DNA from: an uncultured delta proteobacterium
Lineage (GTDB): Bacteria > Desulfobacterota > Binatia > HRBIN30 > BPIQ01
Direction of reading: 5' to 3'
Length of the DNA: 64,000 nucleotides
Assembly: GCA_963761335.1 (NCBI GenBank)
Contig: CAVXGR010000011.1
Coordinates: 448,001-512,000 of the forward strand
Within the stretch, counting starts at the first letter, position 1. Each line of letters starts with the position of its first letter. Both the position numbers and the translations under genes were made by a program. A model generated the notes under the pieces. The model made no database searches and had not been told where the DNA came from. It saw only the letters and a list, made by a program, of their open reading frames with translations. Shown here piece by piece: positions 20,115 through 30,681 of the stretch.

Positions 20115-20252
20115 CCTCTCCCCGCATTCTTTTCGCGGGGAGAGGATCAAGGTGAGGGGCTTCTTTCACTGAAAGTTCACGATTTCTGCGGCGTTCAAGA
20201 AGATCCGAGCCCTCACCCTGGCCCTCTTCCCGCGAAACAATGCGGGAGAGGG
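20115..20252. repeat. REP-like family C inverted doublet
   Basis: Arms and spacer (TTCACTGAAAG) similar to 14700 and 42651 copies. Confidence 0.75.
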
Positions 20253-20484
20253 AACCCGCGCTCGCACCGTCGTGAAGACAACCGCAGTCGTTGTCAATGG
20301 GGCATGTTCCCCGACTTAGACAGTACCCGCCGCCGGTGTTGTGCTGCGCGGAGAGTTTCGCTAGCTTCCCCGCTGGCATGGGCCGAAGTGCCGGGAGGGG
20401 GAGGACTCCGGCGTCGTGATCACTACAGCCCGCGATGCGGAAACACCCGCCGCCATCATCTCTTCCCGGAGCCTCGACCGCCGA

Positions 20485-22287
20485 ATGACCATTCGCCGAG
20501 CCTGTCTGCTGTGCACCCTGGCGCTGGCCGTGGTCATCTCCGCGGGCACGGCGCGGGCGCAGCGCGTCGGCGACGCCGACTGCGACGGGGAGATCACCGC
20601 GCAAGACGAGCAGGCCCTGCTCGAGCGCCTCTACGTGCCCGACGATTGCGGTAATGCCGATGCCAACCTGGACGGTTGGACCAGCGCCGCCGACCTGATC
20701 GCCCTGGAGCAACTGATCGTTCTGCCGACACCCACCCCAACCGCCACGCCGACGGCGACTCCGGGGTTGGGACCGCGCCTCACCTACCTCGGCGTGGCCA
20801 CCGCCGCGGGCGTTCTGCTGACGCCGAGCGAGTACACCACCGCCGGCACGCCGATCATCGATCGCTTCTCCGGAAGCGGATTCAGAATCGTGGTCGAGGC
20901 GGCTCCCGGACAGCTGCACACCGACATCGGCCGCAGCGTCTTCAACAGCGTTCCCGGCGATCCCACCGCGCTTCCCGATCTGCAGATCGTCTCCAGCCGC
21001 TCGCTCGGCAATGGCAGCCCCGTGGTATGCAACGACGGCGGCGTGCCCGGTTTCGATCCGCCGCGTTTCGACGGCGAGCAGGCGATTGCCGACGCCGTGA
21101 ACGACCTCGCCTGCCGCTTCACCGTGGCCACCACGCGCGGAGGCGTGTGCACCGTGGATGCCTTCGACACGTTCAACTTCGCCAGCCCCGACAGCCGCCA
21201 GCAGTTCTGCCTGCTGGTCACCCAGTCGACGGCTCTTCCCCCCGGCGACACCCACCTGCTGGTGCGCGTGCGCGACATTCTCGGCAACCTGAGCGCGCCG
21301 GCCGAGGTGATCGTGCGCATTCCCGGCGGGACGCCGACCGCCACCCCGTCGCAAACGTCGGTGCCGCCGACACGTACGCCGACGTCGACGCGAACGCCGT
21401 CAGCGACGCGCACGCCGACCTACACCGCGGCCGTCACCTCGACTCCCAGCCCCACCGCGACGCGCACGGCGACCCGAACGCCGACCTCGACTCCACCGCC
21501 CACCGCGACCTCCTTCGGCACGCGCACGCCGACCTCCGCCACCTCGACGCCGACGCGCAGCGGCACGGCGACCGCCACTCGCACCGCCAGCGCCTCCCCG
21601 AGCGCCTCGGCGACCCGTACGCGCACCGCATCGCCGACGCGCACCGTCCCGCCACCTTCGCCGACGCCGACACAGACGCCGGCACCGACGGCGCGTCCGG
21701 TGATCACGTTCTTTGGGCTTACCTACGCGAACAATACACTGATAGTCTCCACAGAGAGCGCCCCGGACGGTATTCCGATCTATGATCGCCCCGTCGGCTC
21801 TGGTTTCAACATCGTCGTCGAAGGCAAGAAGGGGATCATTCCCGGCCCTCCCGATCACCCCGGACCGGCGCTGGGTCAGAGCAGCTACGAGCCCGGCGAT
21901 CGCCCGGACCTGCAAATCGAGGTCAATCGCTCTCTCGGCAACGGCAGCCCAGCCGTGTGCGACAACACACCGCCGGACGATGGCGGCATACCGGCGATCA
22001 ATCCGCCGGATTTCTCCGAAACCTCCACCATCGACGACACCCTCAACGACTTCGGCTGCCGCTTCGTCGACGGCAGCGGCGAGCCTAAAGGTCGGACCAG
22101 CGACGGCTGCGTCCTGTTCGACAACGGCGAGTTCGGTTTCGTGAGCGCCGATTCGATTATTCAGTTCTGCGGCGGGGTGAACCCGATCATGCTCTTTCCC
22201 CGTGGCGACACTCTGGTGAGCGTACGCCTTCGCGACGTCAACGGCGCCACCAGCGAGGTTTCGAAGCTGATCGTGCGCGTGCCGTAG
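20485..22287 (+). CDS. Secreted protein: dockerin/EF-hand-like N-module plus two copies of a ~190-aa Cys-containing domain joined by a Pro/Thr linker
   Basis: Signal peptide ending ARA-Q; GDADCDGEIT and DANLDGWTSAADL; repeated PDLQI..RSLGNGSP.VC..GG.P...P.F...ND..CRF...QFC...GDT...VR.RD. Confidence 0.8.
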   Translation: MTIRRACLLCTLALAVVISAGTARAQRVGDADCDGEITAQDEQALLERLYVPDDCGNADANLDGWTSAADLIALEQLIVLPTPTPTATPTATPGLGPRLTYLGVATAAGVLLTPSEYTTAGTPIIDRFSGSGFRIVVEAAPGQLHTDIGRSVFNSVPGDPTALPDLQIVSSRSLGNGSPVVCNDGGVPGFDPPRFDGEQAIADAVNDLACRFTVATTRGGVCTVDAFDTFNFASPDSRQQFCLLVTQSTALPPGDTHLLVRVRDILGNLSAPAEVIVRIPGGTPTATPSQTSVPPTRTPTSTRTPSATRTPTYTAAVTSTPSPTATRTATRTPTSTPPPTATSFGTRTPTSATSTPTRSGTATATRTASASPSASATRTRTASPTRTVPPPSPTPTQTPAPTARPVITFFGLTYANNTLIVSTESAPDGIPIYDRPVGSGFNIVVEGKKGIIPGPPDHPGPALGQSSYEPGDRPDLQIEVNRSLGNGSPAVCDNTPPDDGGIPAINPPDFSETSTIDDTLNDFGCRFVDGSGEPKGRTSDGCVLFDNGEFGFVSADSIIQFCGGVNPIMLFPRGDTLVSVRLRDVNGATSEVSKLIVRVP

Positions 22288-22305
22288 CGGCAGGGCCAGG
22301 CAGAA

Positions 22306-23207
22306 GGGGACAGTGCGTCATGAGCCTTACGGCTCACCAATAAACGATGAAAATGAGGCCGGGGATCTGCTCCGGCAAGAGACTCGAAGGTCCTCGCCCG
22401 GGCGAAGTTCGCCCCGGAGGGGCGGTGGCGTGTAGCCCCGGGTGAAACCCGGGGAAGAATGCGCGCTCCGTCAGGCGCGCCCCGCCAGGGGCGCGGGCAA
22501 GTTTTCGTCGATGTCACGCCTGTACGCCGATGCTCACCGCTGGGTGCGTGGGACGCTCATCGACGTGATTCACGCGGCCTCTACGCCTGCGCCCCTGCGG
22601 GGCGATAAGCCTCCACCCCAGCGCCGGGACTCCACCAGACCTTCACCCAACAGATTTTCGAAGCAGTGCCTCATGAGCCTTGCGGCTCGCCAGTAGACGA
22701 TGAAAATGAGGGCGGGGTTCTCACCCGGGAAAAGATTTGGCGGTTCTCGCCTGGGCGAAGTTCGCCCCGGAGGGGCGGTGGCGTGTAGCCCCGGGTGAAA
22801 CCCGGGGAAGAATGCGCGCTCCGTCATGGGCGCCCCGCCAGGGGCGCGGGCAAGTTTTCGTCGATGTCACGCCTGTGCGCCGATGATCACCGCTGGGTGC
22901 GTGGGAAGCTCATCGACTTGACTCACGCGGCCTCTACGCCTGCGCCCCTGCGGGGCGCTGATCTGGGCCAATCGGAACGCGGTCCCCGGGTTGACACCCG
23001 GGGCTACATGCCTGCGCCGCTTCGCGGCGATCAGCCTCCACGCCAAGCGCCGGGGCTCCGACAGACCCTCCGGGGCGATCAGCCTCCACGCCAAGCGCCG
23101 GTGCGCTCCGCCAGACCTTCACCCAACAGATTTTCGAAGCAGGCTACTTTTGCGCCCGCGAAATCTCCTGAGGGCGACGGCCTCATTCGCAAAAGTTGCC
23201 TGTCCCC
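22306..23207 (+). mobile_element. Host palindrome with two tandem CAG-bounded cassettes (22314-22666, 22667-23142)
   Basis: Junction TTTTCGAAGCAG|TGCCTCATGAGCC; right flank GCTACTTTTGCG...CGCAAAAGTTGCCTGTCCCC. Confidence 0.85.
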
Positions 23208-23222
23208 GCAGGCAGGGGCGGC

Positions 23223-23301
23223 GGGGACAGGCAACTCTTCGGCGAGCAGCGCCGCGACTTTCGACGCGGCGACACTTTGCGCCGAAAAGGAGCCAGTCCC
23301 C
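23223..23301. repeat. Empty host palindrome variant
   Basis: GGGGACAGGCAACTCTTCGGCG-N35-CGCCGAAAAGGAGCCAGTCCCC. Confidence 0.7.
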
Positions 23302-23314
23302 TTCTGCGCCGAGG

Positions 23315-23515
23315 TCAGTCCGCGGGGTGCAGGTCCTGATCGCCGAGCCAGAGCTTGCAGCCGTCGAGAAGCCCTGGGATCTCGCGCTCGAAATGCACCA
23401 GGTACTTGTTGACCTTGCCCGGATCGAAGGCGACCACCCGTCCCTGCTCACCAGCGCACTTCCAGTGACGGTTGTTGACTCTGACGCGGTCGTTGACTCC
23501 CAAGCTGTTTGGCAT
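23315..23515 (-). CDS. Small hypothetical protein, possible SH3/KOW-like beta-barrel
   Basis: GGAGAGG RBS; LGVNDRVRV...GEQGRVVAFD...YLVHF...WLGDQDLHP; 66 aa. Confidence 0.6.
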   Translation of the reverse strand: MPNSLGVNDRVRVNNRHWKCAGEQGRVVAFDPGKVNKYLVHFEREIPGLLDGCKLWLGDQDLHPAD

Positions 23516-23742
23516 CTTCAACCTCTCCGCAAGGCAGGGATTTCAAGGAACATGCCAGGGACGCACGCAAACCGATTCTGTAATCCATTTCTCGCTGAGA
23601 GCCGCGGCCGTGCCTCATTGCGCGTCACTGCGAGTAAATTGTGCGGTCGCAGAGCAGTGCGGCCAAGATGGCTGCGCTCCCCAGAGGGAAGCTTGCGAGA
23701 CTCGCGGGTTTGCGGCTTAATCGGTAGGCAGGTGACATCGCC

Positions 23743-24483
23743 ATGCGTCGGGACGGGAAGCGCGAGCGGGCCCGTCGCCAAGCGGAGGATCTGGAGCACC
23801 GGCCCTTCAGATTTCTCGGTCGGGCGATCGGCGCCCAGGGGGAGAAGCCGGCGGCGCCGCGCCTCCGGCACCGGAGAGCCGACGAGCAGGTGGAGGCACC
23901 GAACGGCAACGACCTCTTCCTCCGCGAGATGGCCAACGTCGTGCCGCTCGACCCGAGCCAGCGCCAGCGCGTTGCCACACCTCCGCCGGCGGACGCCACG
24001 CGACCGCTGATCGACGCAGAGGCGGAGGCGCTGGCCGAGCTCTCCGACCTGGTGGCCGGCCGCTCGGCGTTCGACCTCGCCGACACCGACACCTATCTCG
24101 AAGGCGCGGTCGCCGGCCTCGACCCGCGAGTGCTGCGCAAGCTGCGCGCCGGCGAGTTCGTCGCCCAGGCACATCTCGATCTCCACGGCCTGACTGCCGA
24201 GGAGGCGCGGCACGAGGTGGACCGGTTTCTGATCGAGTCGTACCGCGCCGGGCGGCGCTGCGTGCTGATCGTCCACGGCAAGGGACGCAACTCGAAGGAC
24301 CAGGTACCGGTCCTCAAGCTCCGCCTGAAGAGCTGGCTGGCGCGCGGGCAGTGGTCACGCCTGCTGCTGGCCTTCACCTCGGCACGCGCCTGCGACGGTG
24401 GCACCGGCGCCATCTACGTCTTGCTGCGGCGCGAGCGCGCCTCGAAGCGCAAGATCCACGTGCTCGAAGGCGCCAAGCGCTGA
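23743..24483 (+). CDS. Smr/MutS2-domain endonuclease
   Basis: RKLRAGEF..QAHLDLHGLT, LIVHGKGRNS, DGGTGAIYVLL. Confidence 0.9.
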   Translation: MRRDGKRERARRQAEDLEHRPFRFLGRAIGAQGEKPAAPRLRHRRADEQVEAPNGNDLFLREMANVVPLDPSQRQRVATPPPADATRPLIDAEAEALAELSDLVAGRSAFDLADTDTYLEGAVAGLDPRVLRKLRAGEFVAQAHLDLHGLTAEEARHEVDRFLIESYRAGRRCVLIVHGKGRNSKDQVPVLKLRLKSWLARGQWSRLLLAFTSARACDGGTGAIYVLLRRERASKRKIHVLEGAKR

Positions 24484-24541
24484 ATCCCGCTTGCGCCAAG
24501 CCCGGCGGCCGCCTAGAGCTGGCGGGCAAGGAGGATTTGCG

Positions 24542-25384
24542 ATGAAGTACGGCGTCCTGATGTTCGCGGCCGATTACGCCATGCGCCCCGACGACCTCGC
24601 GGTCGCCGCGGAGCAGCGCGGCTTCGAGTCGATCTTCTTCCCCGAGCACACCCACATTCCCGCGAGTCGCAAATCTCCCTACCCGGCCGGCGGCGATCTG
24701 CCCAAGGAGTACTGGCACACGCACGACCTGTTCGTCGCCCTGGCCGCCGCCGCGGCCGTGACCAAGACCATCAAGCTCGGTACCGGCATCTGCCTGCTGG
24801 TCGAGCGCGATCCGATCATCACCGCCAAGGAGGTCGCCAGCCTCGATCTTCTCTCCCAGGGGCGCATCATCTTCGGCATCGGCGGCGGCTGGAACGCCGA
24901 GGAGATGGGCAACCACGGCACCGTCTTCAAGACGCGCTGGAAGCTGCTGCGCGAACGCGTGCTGGCGATGAAGGAGATCTGGACCAAGGAGGAAGCCGAG
25001 TTCCACGGCGAGCTCGTCGACTTCGACCCGATCTGGTCGTATCCGAAGCCGGTGCAGAAGCCGCATCCGCCGATCCTGCTCGGCGGTCACACGCCGCAGG
25101 CGCGGCAGCGCGTCGTCGACTACTGTGACGGCTGGCTGCCGATCGGCCAGCGGGGCGACGCCATCCTCGAGGGCATCGCCGACCTGAAGGCGCGGGGCCG
25201 CGCCGCCGGCAAGAATCCCAGCGTCAGCGTCTTCGGCGCTCCCGCCGACCTCGACATGCTGAAGCGCTTCGCCGACGCCGGCGTGGAGCGCGCCATCTTC
25301 TGGGTTCCGCCCGTGGACAGGGAGAAGGTCCTGCCGATCCTCGACAACTACGCGTCGGTCGCCGACAAGGGCGCGGCGCTCTGA
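24542..25384 (+). CDS. LLM-class (probable F420-dependent) oxidoreductase
   Basis: GFESIFFPEHTHIP, IKLGTGICLL, GIGGGWNAEE, PKPVQKPHPPILLGG; GGAGGA RBS. Confidence 0.9.
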   Translation: MKYGVLMFAADYAMRPDDLAVAAEQRGFESIFFPEHTHIPASRKSPYPAGGDLPKEYWHTHDLFVALAAAAAVTKTIKLGTGICLLVERDPIITAKEVASLDLLSQGRIIFGIGGGWNAEEMGNHGTVFKTRWKLLRERVLAMKEIWTKEEAEFHGELVDFDPIWSYPKPVQKPHPPILLGGHTPQARQRVVDYCDGWLPIGQRGDAILEGIADLKARGRAAGKNPSVSVFGAPADLDMLKRFADAGVERAIFWVPPVDREKVLPILDNYASVADKGAAL

Positions 25385-25387
25385 GAT

Positions 25388-25886
25388 GGGGACAGTGCGT
25401 CATGAGCCTTACGGCTCACCAGTAGACGATGAAAATGAGGCTGGGGATCTGCGCCGGCAAGAGACTTGGAGGTCCTCGCCCGGCTGAAGTTCGCCCCGGA
25501 GGGGCGGTGGCGTGTAGCCCCGGGTGAAACCCGGGGAAAGATGCGCGCTCCGTCAGACGCGCCCCGCCAGGGGCGCTGGCAAGCTTTCGTCGATGTCACG
25601 CCTGTACGCCGATGATCACCGCTGGGCGCCTGGGAAGCTCATCGAGGTGAATCACGTGGCCTCTGCGCCTGCGCCCCTGCGGGGCGCTGATCTGGGCCAA
25701 TCGGATCGCGGCCCCCGGGTTAACACCCGGGGCTACATGCCTGCGCCCCTCCGGGGCGACAAGCCTCCACGCCAAGCGCCGGCGTGCTCCGCCAGACCTT
25801 CACCCAACAGATTTTCGAAGCAGGCTACTTTGCCCTCGTGATCTCGCTGTGACCACCGGCCTCGCCGGCAAAAGTTGCCTGTCCCC
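25388..25886 (+). mobile_element. Host palindrome with one CAG-bounded cassette (25396-25823)
   Basis: Same ends and flanks as the 6576 copy; between convergent genes. Confidence 0.85.
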
Positions 25887-25903
25887 GCCCGCTCTCCTCT
25901 CGA

Positions 25904-27052
25904 TCAATAGCCGGCGAGGCGCGCCAGCCGGTCGCGGTGGTGCCCGGCATCGCCGAAGGTCATCTGCGCGACCCGGGCCCGCTTCAGATAGAAACCGATG
26001 TCGTGCTCGTCGGTGACACCGATGCCGCCGTGCATCTGGATGCCCTCGTTGCAGGTGAGCATGTAGACGTCGGAGCAGCGCGCCTTGGCAATGCTGGCGG
26101 CGCGCCCGATCTCGGCATCGTCGCCTCCCGCGTCGAGGACGCGGTGGGCGTTCATCACCGCCGAGCGCGCCAGCTCGCTCTCGACGTAGACGTGCGCGGC
26201 GCGGTGCTTGAGCGCCTGGAAGGTCCCGATGAGGACGCCGAACTGCGCCCGCGTCTTCAGGTACTCGAGGGTCATCTCCAGCACCGCGCCGATACCGCCG
26301 AGCATCTCCGCGGTGAGCGCCACGGTGGCGCGATCGACGACGCGCTCCAGCAGCGCCGCGCCGTCATCCACGGTACCGACGACGGCGTCGGCCGCGACGC
26401 GCGCGTCGTCGAGCCGCACGCCGGCGGCATTGCGGCTGTCGAGCCGCCACTGCCGCTCGACACGGACGCCCGGAGCATCGGCGCGCAGCAGGAAGAGGGA
26501 GATGCCCAGGCGGTCGGCGACGCCGCCGGCAGTGCGCGCCGAGACCACCAGCCACTCCGCGGCGCCGCCGTCGAGCACCTGCACCTTCTCGCCGCGCAGG
26601 ATCCATCCGGCGCCGTCGCGGCGTGCTGTGGTCTCCACGCGTCCGAGCCGATAGCGGCTCGCCGCCTCCTGAAAGGCCACCGACATCAGGCGCTCGCCGG
26701 CGGCGATCGGCGCCAGATGCTCTCGCCGTTGCGCCTCGGTGCCGCCGAGAAGCAGCGCGTTGCCGGCGAGCAGCACGGTCGACAGAATCGGCTCGGGCAT
26801 CAGGCCGCGGCCGATCTCCTCCATCAACACCATCAGGTCCAAATACCCGAGACCGGCGCCGCCGTGCTCCTCGGGAAAGATGATGCCGAGCCAGCCGAGC
26901 CCGGCCATCTCGCGCCACAGCTGGCGCGAGAAGCCGTCGGCATCGGCGCCGTCGCGCAGGGCGCGAATGCGCTTCAGCGACGAGCGGCCGCTGACGAACT
27001 CGCGGGCCGTCTGCTGCAACAGCGTCTGCTCATCGGAAAGAACCAGATCCAC
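25904..27052 (-). CDS. Acyl-CoA dehydrogenase, small subunit of heteromeric pair (PimD-like)
   Basis: LRGEKVQV, QFGVLIGTFQALKHR, IQMHGGIGVTDEHD. Confidence 0.9.
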   Translation of the reverse strand: MDLVLSDEQTLLQQTAREFVSGRSSLKRIRALRDGADADGFSRQLWREMAGLGWLGIIFPEEHGGAGLGYLDLMVLMEEIGRGLMPEPILSTVLLAGNALLLGGTEAQRREHLAPIAAGERLMSVAFQEAASRYRLGRVETTARRDGAGWILRGEKVQVLDGGAAEWLVVSARTAGGVADRLGISLFLLRADAPGVRVERQWRLDSRNAAGVRLDDARVAADAVVGTVDDGAALLERVVDRATVALTAEMLGGIGAVLEMTLEYLKTRAQFGVLIGTFQALKHRAAHVYVESELARSAVMNAHRVLDAGGDDAEIGRAASIAKARCSDVYMLTCNEGIQMHGGIGVTDEHDIGFYLKRARVAQMTFGDAGHHRDRLARLAGY

Positions 27053-27095
27053 GCGCTCACCTCGTGCTCGGAGAGTGTGTCACCGTGCGTCCGCC

Positions 27096-28277
27096 TCAGT
27101 CCGGCAGGCCGAGGACGCGCTTGGCGATGATGTTCAGCTGAATCTCGGAGGTGCCGCCCTCGATGGTGTTGCCGCGCGAGCGCAGCCAGTCGCGCGTGAG
27201 CTTGAGCTCCTCGGCGTCGAACCCGGGGCCTTCCCAGCCGAGCGCCTGCGGCCCGGCGATCTCCACCATCAACGACCGCCGCCGCTGGTTGAGCTCGGTG
27301 CCGTAGAGCTTGAAGATCGAGGTCTCCGCCCCGGGCTTGTGCCCCGCCTTGGCATTGTCGCGCGAGCGCGCCAGGGTGAGGTCGAGGCAGGCCTGATCGA
27401 GCTCGAGCTGGGCGACGCGATCGCGCACCACCGCATCGGCGAGACGCCCGTCCTCCTCTCCCAGGTAGCGGCGCGCCATCTCCACCAGGCGGCGGGCATC
27501 GTCCCTCTCCTTGAAGACGTCGGCGATCATGGTGCGCTCGTGGCCGAGCAGAGCCTTGGCCATCGTCCAGCCGGCGTTGATGCGGCCGACGACGTTGCGG
27601 GCCGGAACCCGCACGTCGGCGAGAAAGGTCTCGCAGAATGGCGACGAGCCGCTGATGAGCGGGATCGGCCGCACCGACACGCCCGGAGTGGTCATGTCCA
27701 TGAGCAGGAAGGTGATGCCCTCCTGCTTCTTCGCCTCGAAATCGGTGCGCACCAGGATGAACATCCAGTCCGCCTTGTCGGCGTAGCTGGTCCACACCTT
27801 CTGGCCGTTGAGCACGAAGTCGTCGCCGTCGCGCACCGCCTTGGTCTGCAGGCCGGCGAGGTCGGAGCCGGCGCCGGGCTCGGAGTATCCCTGACACCAG
27901 CGGATCTCACCGCGCACGATCGGCGGCAGGTGCTCCTTCTTGAGCTCCTCGGAGCCCTCCTGGAGAAGCAGCGGTCCGATCATGGTGAGCCCGAAGCCGA
28001 CCAGTGGCGGCCGCAGGCGCAGCTTGGCCATCTCCTCGGCGAGGATCTTGGCCTCCCCCCGGGAAAGACCACCGCCGCCATAGGCGCGCGGCCAGGTCGG
28101 CGCCGTCCAGCCACGCTCCGCCATCAGCTCGAGCCAGCGCTTCACGTCGGCTGGATACTGCGTCTTCCTGCCTCCCCAGCAGAGGTCCTCGGCGGCGGCC
28201 GGGGTACGCATCGAGTCCGGCGCCTCGGCGGTCAGCCAGCGGCGGGTTTCTTCGCGAAAGGTTTCGAGCTCGGCCAT
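27096..28277 (-). CDS. Acyl-CoA dehydrogenase, large subunit of heteromeric pair (PimC-like)
   Basis: WCQGYSEPGAGSDLA, LNGQKVWTS, TIEGGTSEIQLNIIAKRVLGLP. Confidence 0.92.
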   Translation of the reverse strand: MAELETFREETRRWLTAEAPDSMRTPAAAEDLCWGGRKTQYPADVKRWLELMAERGWTAPTWPRAYGGGGLSRGEAKILAEEMAKLRLRPPLVGFGLTMIGPLLLQEGSEELKKEHLPPIVRGEIRWCQGYSEPGAGSDLAGLQTKAVRDGDDFVLNGQKVWTSYADKADWMFILVRTDFEAKKQEGITFLLMDMTTPGVSVRPIPLISGSSPFCETFLADVRVPARNVVGRINAGWTMAKALLGHERTMIADVFKERDDARRLVEMARRYLGEEDGRLADAVVRDRVAQLELDQACLDLTLARSRDNAKAGHKPGAETSIFKLYGTELNQRRRSLMVEIAGPQALGWEGPGFDAEELKLTRDWLRSRGNTIEGGTSEIQLNIIAKRVLGLPD

Positions 28278-28374
28278 GGGCTGGTTCGCGCTCCGGTGAA
28301 GTCGCGAGCCCGAAGCTCGCGCCGGGGGGTACCGTATCCGAGGAGCTGCGGTGGTTCAACGCGGGATGGTGGAT

Positions 28375-29340
28375 GGGGACAGTGCGTCATGAGCCTGCGG
28401 CTCACCAACAGACGATGAAAATGAGGCTGGGGATCTGCCCCGTAGAGAGATTTGGCGGTTCTCGCCTGGGCGAAGTTCGCCCCGGAGGGGCGGTGGCGCG
28501 TAGCCCCGGGTGAAACCCGGGAAAAATGCGCGCTCCGTCACACGCGCCCCGCCAGGGCGCGGGCAAACTTCCGTCGATGTCGCGCCTCTACGCCGATGCT
28601 CACCGCTGGGTGCGTGGGAAGCTCATCGACGTGATTCACGCGGCCTCTACTCCTGCGCCCCTCCGGGGCGCTGATCTGGGCCAATCGGAACGCGGTCCCC
28701 GGGTTGACACCCGGGGCTACATGCCTCCGCCCCTCCGGGGCGATAAGCCTCCACCCCAGCGCCGGGACTCCGCCAGACCTTCACCCAACAGATTTTCGAA
28801 GCAGTGCGTCATGAGCCTTACGGCTCGCCAGTAGACGATGAAAATGAGGGCGGGGTTCTCACCCGGGAAAAGATTTGGCGGTTCTGGCATGGGCGAAGTT
28901 CGCCCCGGAGGGGCGGCGGCGTGTAGCCCCGGGTGAAACCCGGGGAAAAGTGCGCGGTGCGTCATAGGCGCCCCGCCAGGGGCGCGGGCAAGTTTTCGTC
29001 GACGTCACGCCCGTACGCCGATAATCACCACTGGGTGCGTGGGAAGCTCATCAACGTGATTCACGCGGCCTCTATGCCTGCGCCCCTCCGGGGCGCTGAT
29101 CTGGGCCAATCGGAACGCGGTCCCCGGGTTGGCACCCGGGGCTACATGCCCGCGCCCCTCCGGGGCGATAATCTCCACGCCAAGCCCCGGGGCTCCGCCA
29201 GACCTTCCGGGGCGATAAGCTCCACACCAAGCGCCGGGGCTGCGCCAGACCTTCACCCAACAGATTTTCGAAGCAGGCTACTTTTCGGCCGCGGCCGGGT
29301 ATGGATGCAGGAGCAAGCGCTCCGAAAGTTGCCTGTCCCC
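28375..29340 (+). mobile_element. Host palindrome with two tandem CAG-bounded cassettes (28383-28804, 28805-29276)
   Basis: GGGGACAG left flank, GAAGCAG|TGCGTC junction, GCTACTTTTCGG...CCGAAAGTTGCCTGTCCCC right flank. Confidence 0.85.
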
Positions 29341-29363
29341 TCCTTTTGCGACAGAAGGACGGA

Positions 29364-30227
29364 ATGAATTACGAGCAGATCCGCTACGAGGTCGACGCCG
29401 GCATTCTGACGATCACCCTGAACCGCCCTGAGAAGCTCAACGCCTTCACGCCGCGGATGCAGCGGGAGCTGATCGACGCCTTCGAGCGCGCCGACGAGGA
29501 CGACTCCGTGCGCGCCGTGATCGTCACCGGCGCCGGGCGCGCCTTCTGCGCCGGGGCCGACCTCTCCGCAGGCAGCGGTACCTTCGATGCCAGCCGCGCC
29601 GAGCGGCCGGAGACCATCGACGAGCACCGCGACGGCGGCGGCCAGGTGAGCTTGCGCATCTTCGAGTCGAAGAAGCCCGTGATCGCCGCCATCAATGGGC
29701 CGGCGGTCGGCGTCGGCATCACCATGACCCTGCCGATGGATGTCCGCCTCGCCTCCAGCGCGGCTCGCATCGGCTTCGTCTTCGCCAGGCGCGGCATCGT
29801 GCCGGAGGCGTGCAGCAGCTGGTTTCTGCCCCGTCTGGTCGGCATCAGCCAGGCGGCCGAGTGGGTGTACAGCGGCCGCGTGTTCAACGCCGAGGAGGCG
29901 CTGGCCGGGCGTCTGGTGAGCCGCCTGCTTCCGCCGGAGGCGCTGCTGGAGAGCGCCCGCGCCCTGGCGCTGGAGATGACCAGCGAGACCTCGGCGATGT
30001 CGGTGGCCCTATCGCGCCAGCTCCTCTGGCGCATGCTGGGCGCCGATCACCCCATGGAGGCGCATCGCATCGACTCCAAGTGCATCTACTGGATGGGGCG
30101 CTCCGCCGACGCCCACGAGGGGGTGGCCTCGTTCCTCGAGAAACGGCCGCCGCGCTTCAGCCTCCGTCCCAGCCGCGACATGCCGGAGTTCTACCCCTGG
30201 TGGCGCGAGCGGCGATTCCGGGATTAG
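29364..30227 (+). CDS. Enoyl-CoA hydratase/isomerase (crotonase family)
   Basis: ITLNRPEKLNA, GRAFCAGADL, KPVIAAINGPAVGVG. Confidence 0.92.
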   Translation: MNYEQIRYEVDAGILTITLNRPEKLNAFTPRMQRELIDAFERADEDDSVRAVIVTGAGRAFCAGADLSAGSGTFDASRAERPETIDEHRDGGGQVSLRIFESKKPVIAAINGPAVGVGITMTLPMDVRLASSAARIGFVFARRGIVPEACSSWFLPRLVGISQAAEWVYSGRVFNAEEALAGRLVSRLLPPEALLESARALALEMTSETSAMSVALSRQLLWRMLGADHPMEAHRIDSKCIYWMGRSADAHEGVASFLEKRPPRFSLRPSRDMPEFYPWWRERRFRD

Positions 30228-30236
30228 GGTGACTCC

Positions 30237-30674
30237 ATGGCCGATACCGCACACACGTACGAGGCTCACATCGAATGGACGGAGGCGACGCACGGCCGCG
30301 CCAGCGCCGAGTCGCGGCCGCCGATCGCGGTCGGTGCCCCGCCGGAGTTCGGTGGCGACAGCGAGGCATGGGCACCGGAGCACCTCTGCATGGCGGCCCT
30401 CAACGCCTGCCTGATGCTCACCTTCCTCGCCGTGGCACAGAACTCGAAGATGCCGTTCCGCAGCTACGCGGCGACCGCCACCGGCGAGCTCGGCAAGGTC
30501 GAGGGGCGCGGCACGGCGATCACCCGCGTGGTGGTGCGGCCGCAGATCTCGGTACCCGCCGGGGTCGAGCCGGCCAAGGTCGAGCAGGTGCTGCGCATCG
30601 CCAAGCGCAACTGCTTCATCTCCAACTCGCTCAACTCGGAAGTGGTCATCGAGCCGGAGATCCGCGTCGAGTAG
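30237..30674 (+). CDS. OsmC/Ohr-family protein
   Basis: PPEFGG..WAPEHL..ALNACL, AKRNCFISNSL. Confidence 0.9.
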   Translation: MADTAHTYEAHIEWTEATHGRASAESRPPIAVGAPPEFGGDSEAWAPEHLCMAALNACLMLTFLAVAQNSKMPFRSYAATATGELGKVEGRGTAITRVVVRPQISVPAGVEPAKVEQVLRIAKRNCFISNSLNSEVVIEPEIRVE

Positions 30675-30681
30675 CGCTGTC

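Noticed and set aside
22306..23301. Integron attC cassette array
   Set aside because: No GTTRRRY/RYYYAAC boxes, no integrase, and no gene cassettes between repeats
22442..23412. Recurrent short ORFs such as MKPGEECALR and MTERAFFPGFHPG in cassettes
   Set aside because: Frames and lengths differ between copies and no transposase motifs are present; non-coding repeats
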